DNA of 64,000 nucleotides from Candidatus Bathyarchaeia archaeon (GCA_050012255.1 JBEKHN010000003.1:32001-96000); one strand, 5' to 3'. Shown: positions 1-9,713, counted from the stretch's first letter. Notes: a model not told the origin generated them from the sequence alone. Numbers and translations: made by a program.

Positions 1-614
1 ATCAAGAAATCCTCTATTTCACGGATCGGCTTCCCTGCATCGGTATGAGTTTTGGGTATGTCCCAGCATAAGGAGAGACCTGTAGTAGGAAGGAGTTCTT
101 TCAAGACGTCCATGGCAATTCCGCTTAGCCGATCGTTTTCAACGCAGATTAGGACTTTTCCACGAGAGAATTCAACTAGTTTAACTAGACTCTCTGTTAC
201 AGCCTTCTTGTACAGTGACCAGTGATCCCCTAAGTAGGTACCTTTTCTCCCTGCAAAAACGAAATCGTATGGAGGGTCTATGTGAACTGTGAATCTTTCG
301 GCTCCAACGTCCTGAGCAAAGTCCAAGCATAGTTTCATTCGGTCGAGGACAGCTTTTCTTACATCTGGATAAAGAGTTCCAAGATTCAGGTAGTCACTTG
401 GTCCATGGAATGAGATGGACACGCCTTTTGACATGGCGAAGTCTCGAATATGGCGCCTTTCCGATTCGCTAAAACGCTCTGGAAAGAACCGCGGGATCAT
501 AAGATCAGGAACGATGTAGCCAAAGCCATGGTGACTTGCAAAATCTATTGCATCGCAAATAGTAACATCGTACACCACATGATAACCGAAACGCTTCCAA
601 GTTACTTCTTTCAT
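1..614 (-). CDS. Sugar phosphate isomerase/epimerase (AP endonuclease 2 TIM-barrel family), runs off the window edge
   Basis: Not in ORF track. Hand translation from ATG at 614: MKEVTWKRFGYHVVYD...SFHGPSDYLNLG...RFTVHID...ICVEND...LCWDIPKTH. Confidence 0.75.
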   Translation of the reverse strand, partial: MKEVTWKRFGYHVVYDVTICDAIDFASHHGFGYIVPDLMIPRFFPERFSESERRHIRDFAMSKGVSISFHGPSDYLNLGTLYPDVRKAVLDRMKLCLDFAQDVGAERFTVHIDPPYDFVFAGRKGTYLGDHWSLYKKAVTESLVKLVEFSRGKVLICVENDRLSGIAMDVLKELLPTTGLSLCWDIPKTHTDAGKPIREIEDFL

Positions 615-853
615 ACCGCATCAACCATAAATGATTCCATTCAAATCGCCCGAGAAGGACGACAGAAAATCAGTTGTTCAAGAAACTATAAAAATGTCGC
701 ACAAGAAATCCGGTTGAGACTTTCGTTTCTGGCAGCTAGGTATAGCCTCTCGAACGAGAGAGCGAGCGCGCGCGCAAATTCGGCGTCAAAATTATTTGTC
801 CGAAGATTCTTTAATGCTTCTTCCATTTGAGCTTCCAACTTCACACAGCACAG

Positions 854-1318
854 TCAGCATTGTATGACCAGTCGGCAGCCTTCATTTAGTTTTTCGATGC
901 TGCTCCTGAACCCCAGCAGTTTGTAGGCATGAGGATAGATGATAGAGCATATGTGATCGCAGAAGTAGTCAGAGGGCAAACCTTCACGGTGTTGATTACT
1001 CATCAATCTGATTGGGCATTTCTCCACGATGCCGACGTATCCCTCAACGTCCAATTTCTCGACTTTTCTTCCTACCCATGCCTTTTCTATTTTAGCCTCA
1101 AATTCAAGAAAGTCTTGTTTAGATTTTGCGACTAGGTTTCTCCTGTCTGCTGACGCGCCAGTTTCTGCCCAGAATCTTGCAAACCTCTCAAGTTCATTTA
1201 TGCCATAGTTTTTCGAGAGATAATGGGTGATCAATAGGTAGGCTCCAAACTCAAAAGACTTTCTTAGTTTGAGCTCCTCTTCGGGTGAGACTGTCATTTC
1301 TTTGTTCATTTGTGACAC
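854..1318 (-). CDS. Hypothetical protein with four C-terminal Cys (V4R/ATC-hydrolase-like metal site)
   Basis: 154 aa; KCP...FCDHIC...GCRLVI pattern. Confidence 0.55.
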   Translation of the reverse strand: MSQMNKEMTVSPEEELKLRKSFEFGAYLLITHYLSKNYGINELERFARFWAETGASADRRNLVAKSKQDFLEFEAKIEKAWVGRKVEKLDVEGYVGIVEKCPIRLMSNQHREGLPSDYFCDHICSIIYPHAYKLLGFRSSIEKLNEGCRLVIQC

Positions 1319-1395
1319 AAGAGAATAATATTAAAAGGTGTATCAAAAGATTTTGTGATGGTAGCGGTTTGACTATCGAAGTTCGAAGGGATCCT

Positions 1396-1749
1396 ATGAA
1401 AAAGTTGTATGTTTGCGGAAGTTTCAGGTTCACTCGTGAGATGGAAGGATTGGAACGTGAGCTCAAAGAGGAGAACATCGAATTTCAGATATCAAAGAAA
1501 ACGGACAGTCGCGGGATCTTAGGATGCTTGAAAAAAGTCGATGATGCAGATATCGTCTACGTCGTTAATCCACAAGGTTACATTGGTAAGAGCGTGTCCG
1601 TTGACATAGGATACGCCTATGCAAAGAAGAAGTCAATATGCGTCATGCACGCCGTAGATGACCCCCCAATAATGAACTTGATAAGCGATGTCCTATCTCC
1701 GAAAGCTTTAATCGACTTTCTCAAGGAAAGCATTCCTAAGCGACACTGA
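1396..1749 (+). CDS. Nucleoside 2-deoxyribosyltransferase-like protein
   Basis: MKKLYVCGSFRF; KVDDADIVYVVN...GYIG.SV..DIGYAYAKKK; start moved to ATG 1396. Confidence 0.65.
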   Translation: MKKLYVCGSFRFTREMEGLERELKEENIEFQISKKTDSRGILGCLKKVDDADIVYVVNPQGYIGKSVSVDIGYAYAKKKSICVMHAVDDPPIMNLISDVLSPKALIDFLKESIPKRH

Positions 1750-1781
1750 ACCGAGCCAACCACTAGGATAGGCGACTGTAA

Positions 1782-2333
1782 TTGCTTGAAGGCAGGAACG
1801 TGAACTTGAGGCTCATGGAGAAAGACGACGTAGACTTCGTCGTGCAGTTGCGGAACGATATAGACTCCAATGCGTATGTTTCTGTAAAACAGATATCGAA
1901 AACAGAAGCAATGAAAGAGTTTGACAATCCTACACCGTTAGCACTGATAACCGAAAGAACATGCTTCATCATTGAGAAAAAAGACGGCACAAGAATAGGT
2001 TACATGGTGCACTGGATCGTTCAGCCCTCAAAGCACGTGGAAATCGGGTATTCTATGCTTCCCAGCGAAAGGGGGAAAGGCTACTGCTCTGAAGCCGTTC
2101 AAATAATGGTGGATTACCTGTTTCTCTCCAAGGATATTGTGCGGATTCAGGCAGGAACTGACGTAAGAAACAAAGCTTCACAAAAAGTCTTGGAAAATAC
2201 AGGCTTCGTAAAAGAAGGCATAGTCCGCAAATCGGCCTTTAACAAAGGAGAATGGTTCGACGGTTGCATATACAGCACTCTTCGAGAAGAATGGAAAAAA
2301 CCTAGGATACTCACAAAGAAGCTTACTCATTAG
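1782..2333 (+). CDS. GNAT N-acetyltransferase, RimJ/RimL family
   Basis: EIGY...RGKGY.SEA; N.ASQKVLE..GF.KEG. Confidence 0.92.
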   Translation: MLEGRNVNLRLMEKDDVDFVVQLRNDIDSNAYVSVKQISKTEAMKEFDNPTPLALITERTCFIIEKKDGTRIGYMVHWIVQPSKHVEIGYSMLPSERGKGYCSEAVQIMVDYLFLSKDIVRIQAGTDVRNKASQKVLENTGFVKEGIVRKSAFNKGEWFDGCIYSTLREEWKKPRILTKKLTH

Positions 2334-2339
2334 GAGCCG

Positions 2340-2666
2340 ATGTTTATGGAACTAAAGGATTTGTTAAGGTTCATAGAAGTAGAAGATGAAAAACTGAAAA
2401 AAAGGTATGGTAGTTTGTCCAATAAAGAGGAGGTGATTCTTGCTAGAACTGTGAAGTTAGGCGAAGAGTTTGGAGAACTCTGTGAAGAGGTTCTGGCGTA
2501 CAACTCGTTGCAGAGAACACAGAAACTGGATAACCACAACAAAGAGAGTCTCCGAGAAGAATTTGCTGATGTAATAATCACAGCGCTTCTGCTCGCAAAA
2601 AGCATGAACGTTAATATTGAAATGGCGTTAGAAACGAAAATGCAGAGACTCAACCAAAGGGTTTGA
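2340..2666 (+). CDS. MazG-like nucleotide pyrophosphohydrolase
   Basis: KLGEEFGEL...EEFADV motif. Confidence 0.85.
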   Translation: MFMELKDLLRFIEVEDEKLKKRYGSLSNKEEVILARTVKLGEEFGELCEEVLAYNSLQRTQKLDNHNKESLREEFADVIITALLLAKSMNVNIEMALETKMQRLNQRV

Positions 2667-2695
2667 ACTCACTTTTTTGGAGATTGGAATTTATG

Positions 2696-2777
2696 AAAAT
2701 CCGAGAACCAAAGGTTCTCTCGCGAGCCGTCCTATTCAAATTGCTTCAGTAGGCAGTGAGAGAGTCGAACTCTCGCC
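2696..2777. repeat. Diverged direct repeat copy 1, ending in a tRNA 3'-half-like sequence on the minus strand
   Basis: Hand alignment to 4207-4289 gives about 61/83 identities; minus strand reads GAGAG-TTCGACT-CTCTC-ACTGCCT-A. Confidence 0.75.
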
Positions 2778-2896
2778 AAGTATAAGCGAGGGCTACTGGT
2801 GTCCGCGGCTTTACAACAAGCGCGGTGCGTTCAAGGTCGTTTTTCAAAGACTTATCTGCGCGGAAGCTCAGTCTCAACTATAGGGTTGTCCATTAT

Positions 2897-4015
2897 ATGG
2901 AAGAACTGAGACAACTTGTGCATCAAGCCGTGGAGGTGTGCATGGGTATCAAAGAGGGGGAAAACGTTTGGATCCATAGTTGGGACCATACGACCGATCT
3001 TGCTTTTGACATAGCTTTTGCTTGCCGACAATCTGGAGCACAACCGTTTGTCACTCTTTTAACCGAAGATTACTGGATGCGTTCTCTTGTCGAAACTCCT
3101 AGGGAACTCTTGGAAACCCTCCCTTCTCATCAAGCTGCTGCACTGGAGCACACAGACGCATTCATCTTTATGTTGGGTCCGAAGAGTCCTATTGATTGGG
3201 ACAGAATTCCGCCTGAGAAACGAGGACTTGCCAACGTCTGGTACAGTGATTCTAACAAGTACTTGGACAGCTGGAGGAAGATCGCTCAAGAAAACTCCAT
3301 TCGCATGCTAGGAATTGAGTATTGCCTGGCCACAGAAGAATGGTCGCAGGCTTGGGGTTTGGATCATGCGAGATGGAGAAGAGTGATGCTTGCGGGTTGT
3401 CTCACTGACCAACGCGAAATCGCAAAAAAAGCCGCTGAACTGGCCAGGATCATCCGCGACAGTCACGAGGTGAGTGTTCGAACACCCTCTGGCACAAACC
3501 TCAGATTCGAGCTAGCTGGACGCAGACCAATCATTGGCGACAGTATAGTTAGCGAGAAGGACGCAGCTGAGGGTACCGTGAAGTTTCTACCGTCAGGCTT
3601 CGTGGAGGCGGCTGCAGACGAGGATAGTGCTGATGGAAAAGTAGTTTATGACTCGCCGATCTTGGTTCGAGGAGCAAAGAGGATTGAAGGATTGACTTTG
3701 AAGTTTAAGCATGGAAAACTTGCCAAATACTCCGCGCGAGTCGGAGTTGAAGCCTTCAGGAAGTATTTAGATTCAGCTGGAGGCGATGTGGACAAGTTTG
3801 GATTCTTCGGAATAGGCCTCAATCCTGGCTTGAAGCACGGCTTTACTCAGGACGACAAGGTCTTAGGCGGATTCACTTTAGGGATCGGGGGCAATGAAGA
3901 CAAAGGAGGAAGGAACCAGACAACTGGAAATCGTCACTGGTGGGCCTCGATGACTCGGGCGACGGTTCAGATTGATGATAAACTCGTGCTTGAGCACGGT
4001 TTAGAAACCTTTTGA
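2897..4015 (+). CDS. M29 (AmpS/AmpT-type) aminopeptidase homolog with degenerate metal site
   Basis: IKEGENVWI, VRTPSGTNLRF, LP.G, GIGLNP, LGIGGN...GG.N; start at ATG 2897. Confidence 0.8.
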   Translation: MEELRQLVHQAVEVCMGIKEGENVWIHSWDHTTDLAFDIAFACRQSGAQPFVTLLTEDYWMRSLVETPRELLETLPSHQAAALEHTDAFIFMLGPKSPIDWDRIPPEKRGLANVWYSDSNKYLDSWRKIAQENSIRMLGIEYCLATEEWSQAWGLDHARWRRVMLAGCLTDQREIAKKAAELARIIRDSHEVSVRTPSGTNLRFELAGRRPIIGDSIVSEKDAAEGTVKFLPSGFVEAAADEDSADGKVVYDSPILVRGAKRIEGLTLKFKHGKLAKYSARVGVEAFRKYLDSAGGDVDKFGFFGIGLNPGLKHGFTQDDKVLGGFTLGIGGNEDKGGRNQTTGNRHWWASMTRATVQIDDKLVLEHGLETF

Positions 4016-4206
4016 AAGCGAACGTAGGAGTCAGGGCCTGTTAGCGCGCATACGTGTTCCTAGATTCGTTTTTCAAGCCTGACGGAGGTGAGCTAAGCTG
4101 GACATGCGGGTGGGCTTTGAATCATATTTGGATCATATCACTGACCGGGGGTAGGAGCTGTCAGAGCACAAGAAGTGACCGCGCGCGCTGCTGCTGGAAC
4201 CATGCT

Positions 4207-4289
4207 AAAATCCGAAAATTATAGGGTTTTAACGCTAGCCATTTTGCTCAAATTGCTTTGGTAGGCCTTGGGAGTTTCGAACTCTTGCC
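4207..4289. repeat. Diverged direct repeat copy 2, ending in a tRNA 3'-half-like sequence with CCA on the minus strand
   Basis: Minus strand of 4259-4284 reads GAG-TTCGAAA-CTCCC-AAGGCCT-A-CCA. Confidence 0.75.
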
Positions 4290-4425
4290 TTGATCGCGAG
4301 CGCATTCTAAGCTCGGTATTTGAACCCATTTGCGTATGCGTACGAGTAGACTAAAATATTGCGTAGAAATTCCGGGTAAGCAAGGACAATATGCTTAGAG
4401 CTCCCTTGAATGCCATGTGTTTGTT

Positions 4426-5049
4426 ATGAAGAGAGTAGTTCTGGATTTGGGATGTGGGAGTAGTTTCCAAATTATTGAGATTTTGAAAGACAGTTTAGAC
4501 GCATGGATAATTGGTGTTGATTGGGATTTTTCATTTTGTAGGAAAAGCAAAGAGAGAGCGAGGGAACATGGGGTCGATGCAGAGTATGTATGTTGTGATG
4601 CAGGTTTGTTGCCATTTCAAGATGAAATCTTTGACGTCATATACGCGCTAGACAGTCTCAGATGTCTTAAAGGGCATCAACCTCAGCAATTCATTAAAGA
4701 GGCTTACAAAAAGCTAAGACACGGTGCAGAAATGCATATCGCTGGCCTGGATAAAGTCAGTTTTCGACGTAAAGACTTGCCAGTCTTCAAAGACCTCTCG
4801 TTACCATTCAATTGGAGTTCCTATATTCCGCAGAACGGAAGCTCTCCGTTCATATCAGAAGAACCTTCAGAAAAAGAACTCAACGTATATAGAAGACATA
4901 AGTATGTAGGAATTCTAAAAGAAAAGACAGTGCGCGAATTTTTGTGGCAATGCTATTTGGAACCCGAAAGTACGTGGGAGACGAAAAAAGAAGGAGCCTT
5001 TACATATCATTTTTATACTATTACGGCAAGAAAATCAGCTTCGAATTAA
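4426..5049 (+). CDS. Class I SAM-dependent methyltransferase
   Basis: VLDLGCG, IIGVD, DA..LPF.DE.FDVI. Confidence 0.85.
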   Translation: MKRVVLDLGCGSSFQIIEILKDSLDAWIIGVDWDFSFCRKSKERAREHGVDAEYVCCDAGLLPFQDEIFDVIYALDSLRCLKGHQPQQFIKEAYKKLRHGAEMHIAGLDKVSFRRKDLPVFKDLSLPFNWSSYIPQNGSSPFISEEPSEKELNVYRRHKYVGILKEKTVREFLWQCYLEPESTWETKKEGAFTYHFYTITARKSASN

Positions 5050-5137
5050 GAAACAAATTCAGTCAAAACTAGGTTTGCTCCTATGTTATCAATATTATTT
5101 CAAAAGAAAACGTTTGACGGGCTCACGCTAAGAGTAA

Positions 5138-5899
5138 CTACCTCAGTTTGAATCTGTCGCTAAATATACTGTGGCGATAACAAGCTTTGACGCATTTTCC
5201 GCACACTTCACCTTCCAACCCAAGCTGGACAATATACTTTCTACAGCTTTCCCCATAGTTTTCGAGCCTATCCCTATTTCCTAGAAATGAACACGCTTCA
5301 AGACAAGCTTCGCATTCTCCACACGTAAATTTGACTTTTCTTCCATGGATCAGCGGGAGATTCACGATGACTGATGCAAATCGCAATGCGCAGCTAAATT
5401 TCTCATTAACGATAAGCTCATTCTTGCCCCGCCACCCTAAACCAGCTTTTTCAGCTATAACCCTGTGAGAGACAGTCATCTCGTAATACTCTTCAACATT
5501 GTTTACAGCAATTCCCTCCACCGTCGCGGGTATGAAGATGCCGTCAAAAACATCCGCAATGTTCTTAGAAATATCGTTCAAAAATCTGTTGAGCTTGTGA
5601 TACTCCCTTACATACACGTTCCACGCATCTTTATCCGCAGTTCCATCGCCGAGTCTGACATCAATACGATCAATCGCGTTTCCAGGATATGCTATTCCTA
5701 TGCAGATTATGGATCCATTTTTACGAATATCTCTGTAACGTTCACCACAAAGATCCTTCAATCTGCTTCTTTGAACGGGATTCAACCCATCATGTACCTT
5801 CTCAAATGCAGCCGCTCCAATAACTCCATCGTAGCCTATCTTGGCCAGCTCTTCGCTGAAAAAAGTCTTCGCTCTTTTAGAATTCTGTGCTCTTTCCAC
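5138..5899 (-). CDS. QueG/reductive-dehalogenase-like 4Fe-4S protein
   Basis: SHRVIAEKAGLGWRGKN; CGECEACLEAC and CGKCVKAC. Confidence 0.8.
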   Translation of the reverse strand: MERAQNSKRAKTFFSEELAKIGYDGVIGAAAFEKVHDGLNPVQRSRLKDLCGERYRDIRKNGSIICIGIAYPGNAIDRIDVRLGDGTADKDAWNVYVREYHKLNRFLNDISKNIADVFDGIFIPATVEGIAVNNVEEYYEMTVSHRVIAEKAGLGWRGKNELIVNEKFSCALRFASVIVNLPLIHGRKVKFTCGECEACLEACSFLGNRDRLENYGESCRKYIVQLGLEGEVCGKCVKACYRHSIFSDRFKLR

Positions 5900-5945
5900 A
5901 TGTGCTTCTTCTGTCAGAAGAACTATAACCTTTTCTTTTACTCTG

Positions 5946-6452
5946 CTAAAGGTTTAGTTGCATTTCTAAATACTTGACCAAAGGCGGTGGAAAGTCCCCT
6001 CGCTTCACAGAAGTAACGAGTTTTTGCAATTCTATTCGTGACTTCTCATATAGCTGTTTTTCAATCCATCCTTTTTCTAGAGCGTTTTCTAGCTCTTCTT
6101 CATCAAGAACCTTGTATCTGAGGTCAGGAGAAACCCATAGGTCAAGAAACAAATCAGTAATTTCCACAACACCGTCTTCTAACAGACGAGGAGGAGTGAT
6201 AATATCGCAATAGTATCCAGTGTGTTTCCCATCCAAGTCCCTTATCTTGCCAACACTAAACCATTTTCTCATCATCTCAAAGTATACAATCTGATAACCG
6301 GATGCCATTACAGTTTTTCCATCAAACACGACCGAGTTGGCGGACCTAATCTGAGATTTGCCAACAATAATCTCTTTTGACCTGTAAACTAGATCGTCAT
6401 GCAAATCCAACACATTGTCGGGCAATCTAACATATCGCAAGTGAAATCTCAT
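5946..6452 (-). CDS. DUF402 family protein
   Basis: GYYCDI, DLFLDLWV.PD..Y.VLDEEEL..A. Confidence 0.85.
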   Translation of the reverse strand: MRFHLRYVRLPDNVLDLHDDLVYRSKEIIVGKSQIRSANSVVFDGKTVMASGYQIVYFEMMRKWFSVGKIRDLDGKHTGYYCDIITPPRLLEDGVVEITDLFLDLWVSPDLRYKVLDEEELENALEKGWIEKQLYEKSRIELQKLVTSVKRGDFPPPLVKYLEMQLNL

Positions 6453-6605
6453 TTGCTTTCCTTTGAAAGGCTCAAATGGTCTTCAACATAAAATGCTTTC
6501 GCCAAGGCAATCTGGAGCAACATCAAACCTACAAAATAGGCCTTTTGATTATGCGGAAAAGTTATAGCTGAACAATGAACTCCTTATTGAAGGAGTCAAG
6601 GCACA

Positions 6606-7418
6606 TTGTTTGTTTCATCCATGATTGTTCTACCAGAGCCAAACTGTGCTGAAAAGCCATTAATCAGCCCACAGCAATCTATTCGAATGATTGCTAAACG
6701 TTCACACTTGCGACTCAAAGATTTGAAAGTGCCGAGATGCATTTTACTTTCTTTGAGCGTTGGCGCAACCCAGCCTCTGATTAAAGAAACGAAGGCGAAA
6801 GAGGTCGCTTGGATTTACAAAGCTCGGCCTCTATATGTTGGAGACGTTTCTGGCATTCCGGTTGGAATAATATGGGCGGCACCAGGAGCACCATTGGCAG
6901 CCATGGTGATAGAAGACTTGATCGCCTGCGGCGCAAGACTGTTCATCGGAGTAGGACTGTTGGGCGCGATTCAGCCCAGCATAAATGTTGGAGATTACGT
7001 TGTTCCATCATCAGCGGTGAGAGATGAAGGAACCTCATACCACTACCTTCCAAAAAACGTTGGGGCTCTTTCGAACAAGGGAATTATTCGTGCCCTCAAG
7101 GATTCATGCGAAGAATTCAGAGTAGGATATTATGTAGGGCCCATTTGGACTACCGACGCGCCTTATCGTGAGACGAAATCAGAGATTGAATATTTTCAAC
7201 GAAAGGGAGTTCTGGGGGTTGACACAGAATCCTCTGCAATTTTCTCTCTTGGCATGTGCCGCAGGGTCAAAGTAGGATGCATGTTGGTAGCTTCGACTAA
7301 CCTGACTCGGTCAAAAGCCGCCACCATTGGGTTCTATAACGAAAGGCTGGAAGACGCCATGCTCAGAGCCGTAAGGATTTGTGCAGAAGTCATCAGAAGC
7401 CTTCAGTATACACGGTAA
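6606..7418 (+). CDS. Nucleoside phosphorylase (PNP/UDP family)
   Basis: GAP.AA...E.L, AVRDEGTSYHY, WTTDAPYRET, GVDTE. Confidence 0.9.
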   Translation: MFVSSMIVLPEPNCAEKPLISPQQSIRMIAKRSHLRLKDLKVPRCILLSLSVGATQPLIKETKAKEVAWIYKARPLYVGDVSGIPVGIIWAAPGAPLAAMVIEDLIACGARLFIGVGLLGAIQPSINVGDYVVPSSAVRDEGTSYHYLPKNVGALSNKGIIRALKDSCEEFRVGYYVGPIWTTDAPYRETKSEIEYFQRKGVLGVDTESSAIFSLGMCRRVKVGCMLVASTNLTRSKAATIGFYNERLEDAMLRAVRICAEVIRSLQYTR

Positions 7419-7517
7419 GAAAGCTTCTGAGCCTTTCTATCAAAACAGAATGGAAAAATGAATCAGATTTGGTAGCTTGAGAGCGCGCTAATGCTAGAGA
7501 CTTCTTATCTTGGAGAT

Positions 7518-7811
7518 TCACTGCCTCTTTGCCATTTCATCTATCTTTCTGTTTAGAGCCTCAGATAAATTAATGTTGAAAACCTCGGAAAGAACAAGCA
7601 AATCCAGCATTGCCTGAGCAATCTCTTCTTTCAAGTTGCTTTCCTCGTATTCTCTCATTGGCAGGTTTTTGTTTACCAATTGCCGAGCTATTTCACCAAT
7701 CTCCTCCGAGAGATGAAAAAACACAAGCTCGGGCGTAAGCTCAACACCCAGCTCCGTAACCCGCTCTTTCTGAAGTCGGAAAACCCTCTTGCTAAATTCA
7801 ACGATGTCCAT
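7518..7811 (-). CDS. MazG-like nucleotide pyrophosphohydrolase
   Basis: HLSEEIGEIA...LKEEIAQ; likely start MDIVEF. Confidence 0.75.
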   Translation of the reverse strand: MDIVEFSKRVFRLQKERVTELGVELTPELVFFHLSEEIGEIARQLVNKNLPMREYEESNLKEEIAQAMLDLLVLSEVFNINLSEALNRKIDEMAKRQ

Positions 7812-8220
7812 GCCTGTCATTCTATTGCAACAGAATATTAGTATTCTCTTGGTGAGCACCTGCCACCTTTTCTTGGTAACGCAGAAAATCTAGAACACTG
7901 CCAGGGAGACCCTGACTTCATTCACTGAGTCTCCTACTGAGAATCTTGGTTTTTGGTATCGCGCGCCTTAGATGACTCGCCCGTGACGGATTTGATAGAT
8001 GATATTTAGTCTTTAGAAGCGTTTATTAACTTTCTTTGCCTGTTGACCGGAACTCGATTTCACGATTCTTTCGCTTCTGTTTTGTTCAGAGCTTCTATGG
8101 CCTGTTTTTTCAATTGACGTATTCTTTTCACTTGTTGCCGTAACCTTGTCAAAGAGGTCGTTTCTTGCCGCAAAGGTTTAATTTTTCCTTGTCTAGATTT
8201 ACCTGCGAGAGTGTGTCTAG

Positions 8221-8823
8221 TTGAAGGAACCTTTTGCCGACTTTGTTAAGGCTAAGTTAGAGCCCAGAACTCTACTGATTACATGTGGACTCCCAGGGAC
8301 CTGGAAAACAGAGACCTCAGAGGAGATCTCAAAAATCAAGGGATATCCCATCCTTCGAACCGATTTGATTCGACTGGAGGTTCTCAAGAAAGAGGACATT
8401 TTTGACGAAAAGGTCGCATCAAATATGAGCAAACGAGAGCTCGTCTATGATGAGACGTTTCGCCGAGCAGAAGATCTTGCAAAGACGGGAAGAGGCGTAA
8501 TATTGGATGCTACTTTTGTAACCCAAGAACTGCGAAGACGTGCTGCTGCGATTGCTGCAAAGCACAACATGACTTTTGCCATACTTCAGACTCACTGTTC
8601 TGAAGAAGTGTCAATTGCAAGGATTTTGAGAAGAACCAAAGAGAACTACGAGTCAAATGCCTTAACCAGAGAAGCTTATCTTAACAACAAGAAGAAGTTT
8701 GAGCCCGTTGACCTGGATGATTTGAAAAAGAGATACCCGGAACTCCGAATATTACACTTCACAGTCGACACTGAGTATGACCATACTGAGGATTGGTACA
8801 TAATCGGGATGGAAAAAAGGTAG
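8221..8823 (+). CDS. AAA_33 / P-loop small-molecule kinase
   Basis: CGLPGTWKT, LRTDLIR, VILDATF...R. Confidence 0.8.
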   Translation: MKEPFADFVKAKLEPRTLLITCGLPGTWKTETSEEISKIKGYPILRTDLIRLEVLKKEDIFDEKVASNMSKRELVYDETFRRAEDLAKTGRGVILDATFVTQELRRRAAAIAAKHNMTFAILQTHCSEEVSIARILRRTKENYESNALTREAYLNNKKKFEPVDLDDLKKRYPELRILHFTVDTEYDHTEDWYIIGMEKR

Positions 8824-8837
8824 ATGGACCCCGTTTT

Positions 8838-9713
8838 ATGGTAATAGATTTGCATATTCATTCAAAAAGCTGTTCTGACGGAAACTTCACTGTTGAAGAA
8901 ATTGTTAAGGAAGCTAAAACCAGAAAAATCGGGTTAATGTCGATCACAGATCACGACTCAATTGGCTGTCAAGAAGAAGCCATGGCTTTGGCAAAGAAAA
9001 ATGGAATCCGCTATGTTGTTGGAGTTGAATTGAATGTAACCTTGTTGGACGCCAATTATTCGAAGGGCAAATTAGTGTCTCTAGATTTCTTGGGTTATCA
9101 ATTTGGCACGAAGAATAAGGAGTTAAGTGACAAGCTGATAAAAATCGCACAATATCGAGAGGAAAGAGCGGCGAGGATTTTGGACAAGATTAATGCAGAG
9201 TTTGAAAAAGAAGGACTCGAAAAATTAACCAAAAACGATTTGGGCGAGATTCAGAGTTCCGTTGACGGAGTTATTGGAAGGCCTCACATAGCAAACTATC
9301 TTGTTAGAAAGGGAGTTGTCAAAACAGGACAAGAAGCTTTTGACAGGTATCTTGTGAAATGCGATGTTCCCAAGTTTCCTCTTTACATCGAAGATGCTTC
9401 GAGACTTGTGAGAAATGCTGGAGGATTAGTAGTTTTGGCTCATCCTAACGATCCTCATGGGACCTCACTTGCAACCCTGACCAAATCTCTGCGAAAGCAG
9501 ACGGACATAATAGAAGAGTTGTTCTTAGGATGCATTGATGGCGTAGAGTGTTGGCACTCTAGAAATGACTCCGCAACGACGAATCATTACATAGAGTTTG
9601 CGAAGAAGCATGGACTAATCATGACTGGTGGAAGTGATTGCCATCAAAAGCCTATCCTGATGGGAACGGTGAAGGTCCCAGAATTTGTAGCTGATCAATT
9701 CAGCTTTAAGTGA
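8838..9713 (+). CDS. PHP-domain phosphoesterase (TrpH/YciV-like)
   Basis: DLHIHS..SDG, ITDHD, GRPHIA, LAHP, GGSDCH. Confidence 0.93.
   Translation: MVIDLHIHSKSCSDGNFTVEEIVKEAKTRKIGLMSITDHDSIGCQEEAMALAKKNGIRYVVGVELNVTLLDANYSKGKLVSLDFLGYQFGTKNKELSDKLIKIAQYREERAARILDKINAEFEKEGLEKLTKNDLGEIQSSVDGVIGRPHIANYLVRKGVVKTGQEAFDRYLVKCDVPKFPLYIEDASRLVRNAGGLVVLAHPNDPHGTSLATLTKSLRKQTDIIEELFLGCIDGVECWHSRNDSATTNHYIEFAKKHGLIMTGGSDCHQKPILMGTVKVPEFVADQFSFK

Noticed and set aside
450-830. 126-aa plus-strand ORF
   Set aside because: Overlaps the minus-strand isomerase gene and has no recognisable motifs; treated as a shadow ORF, like most short antisense ORFs in the track.
7975-7997. Further tRNA-like fragments (also about 7468-7484 and 9716-9733)
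   Set aside because: Matches are too short and degenerate to distinguish from chance.
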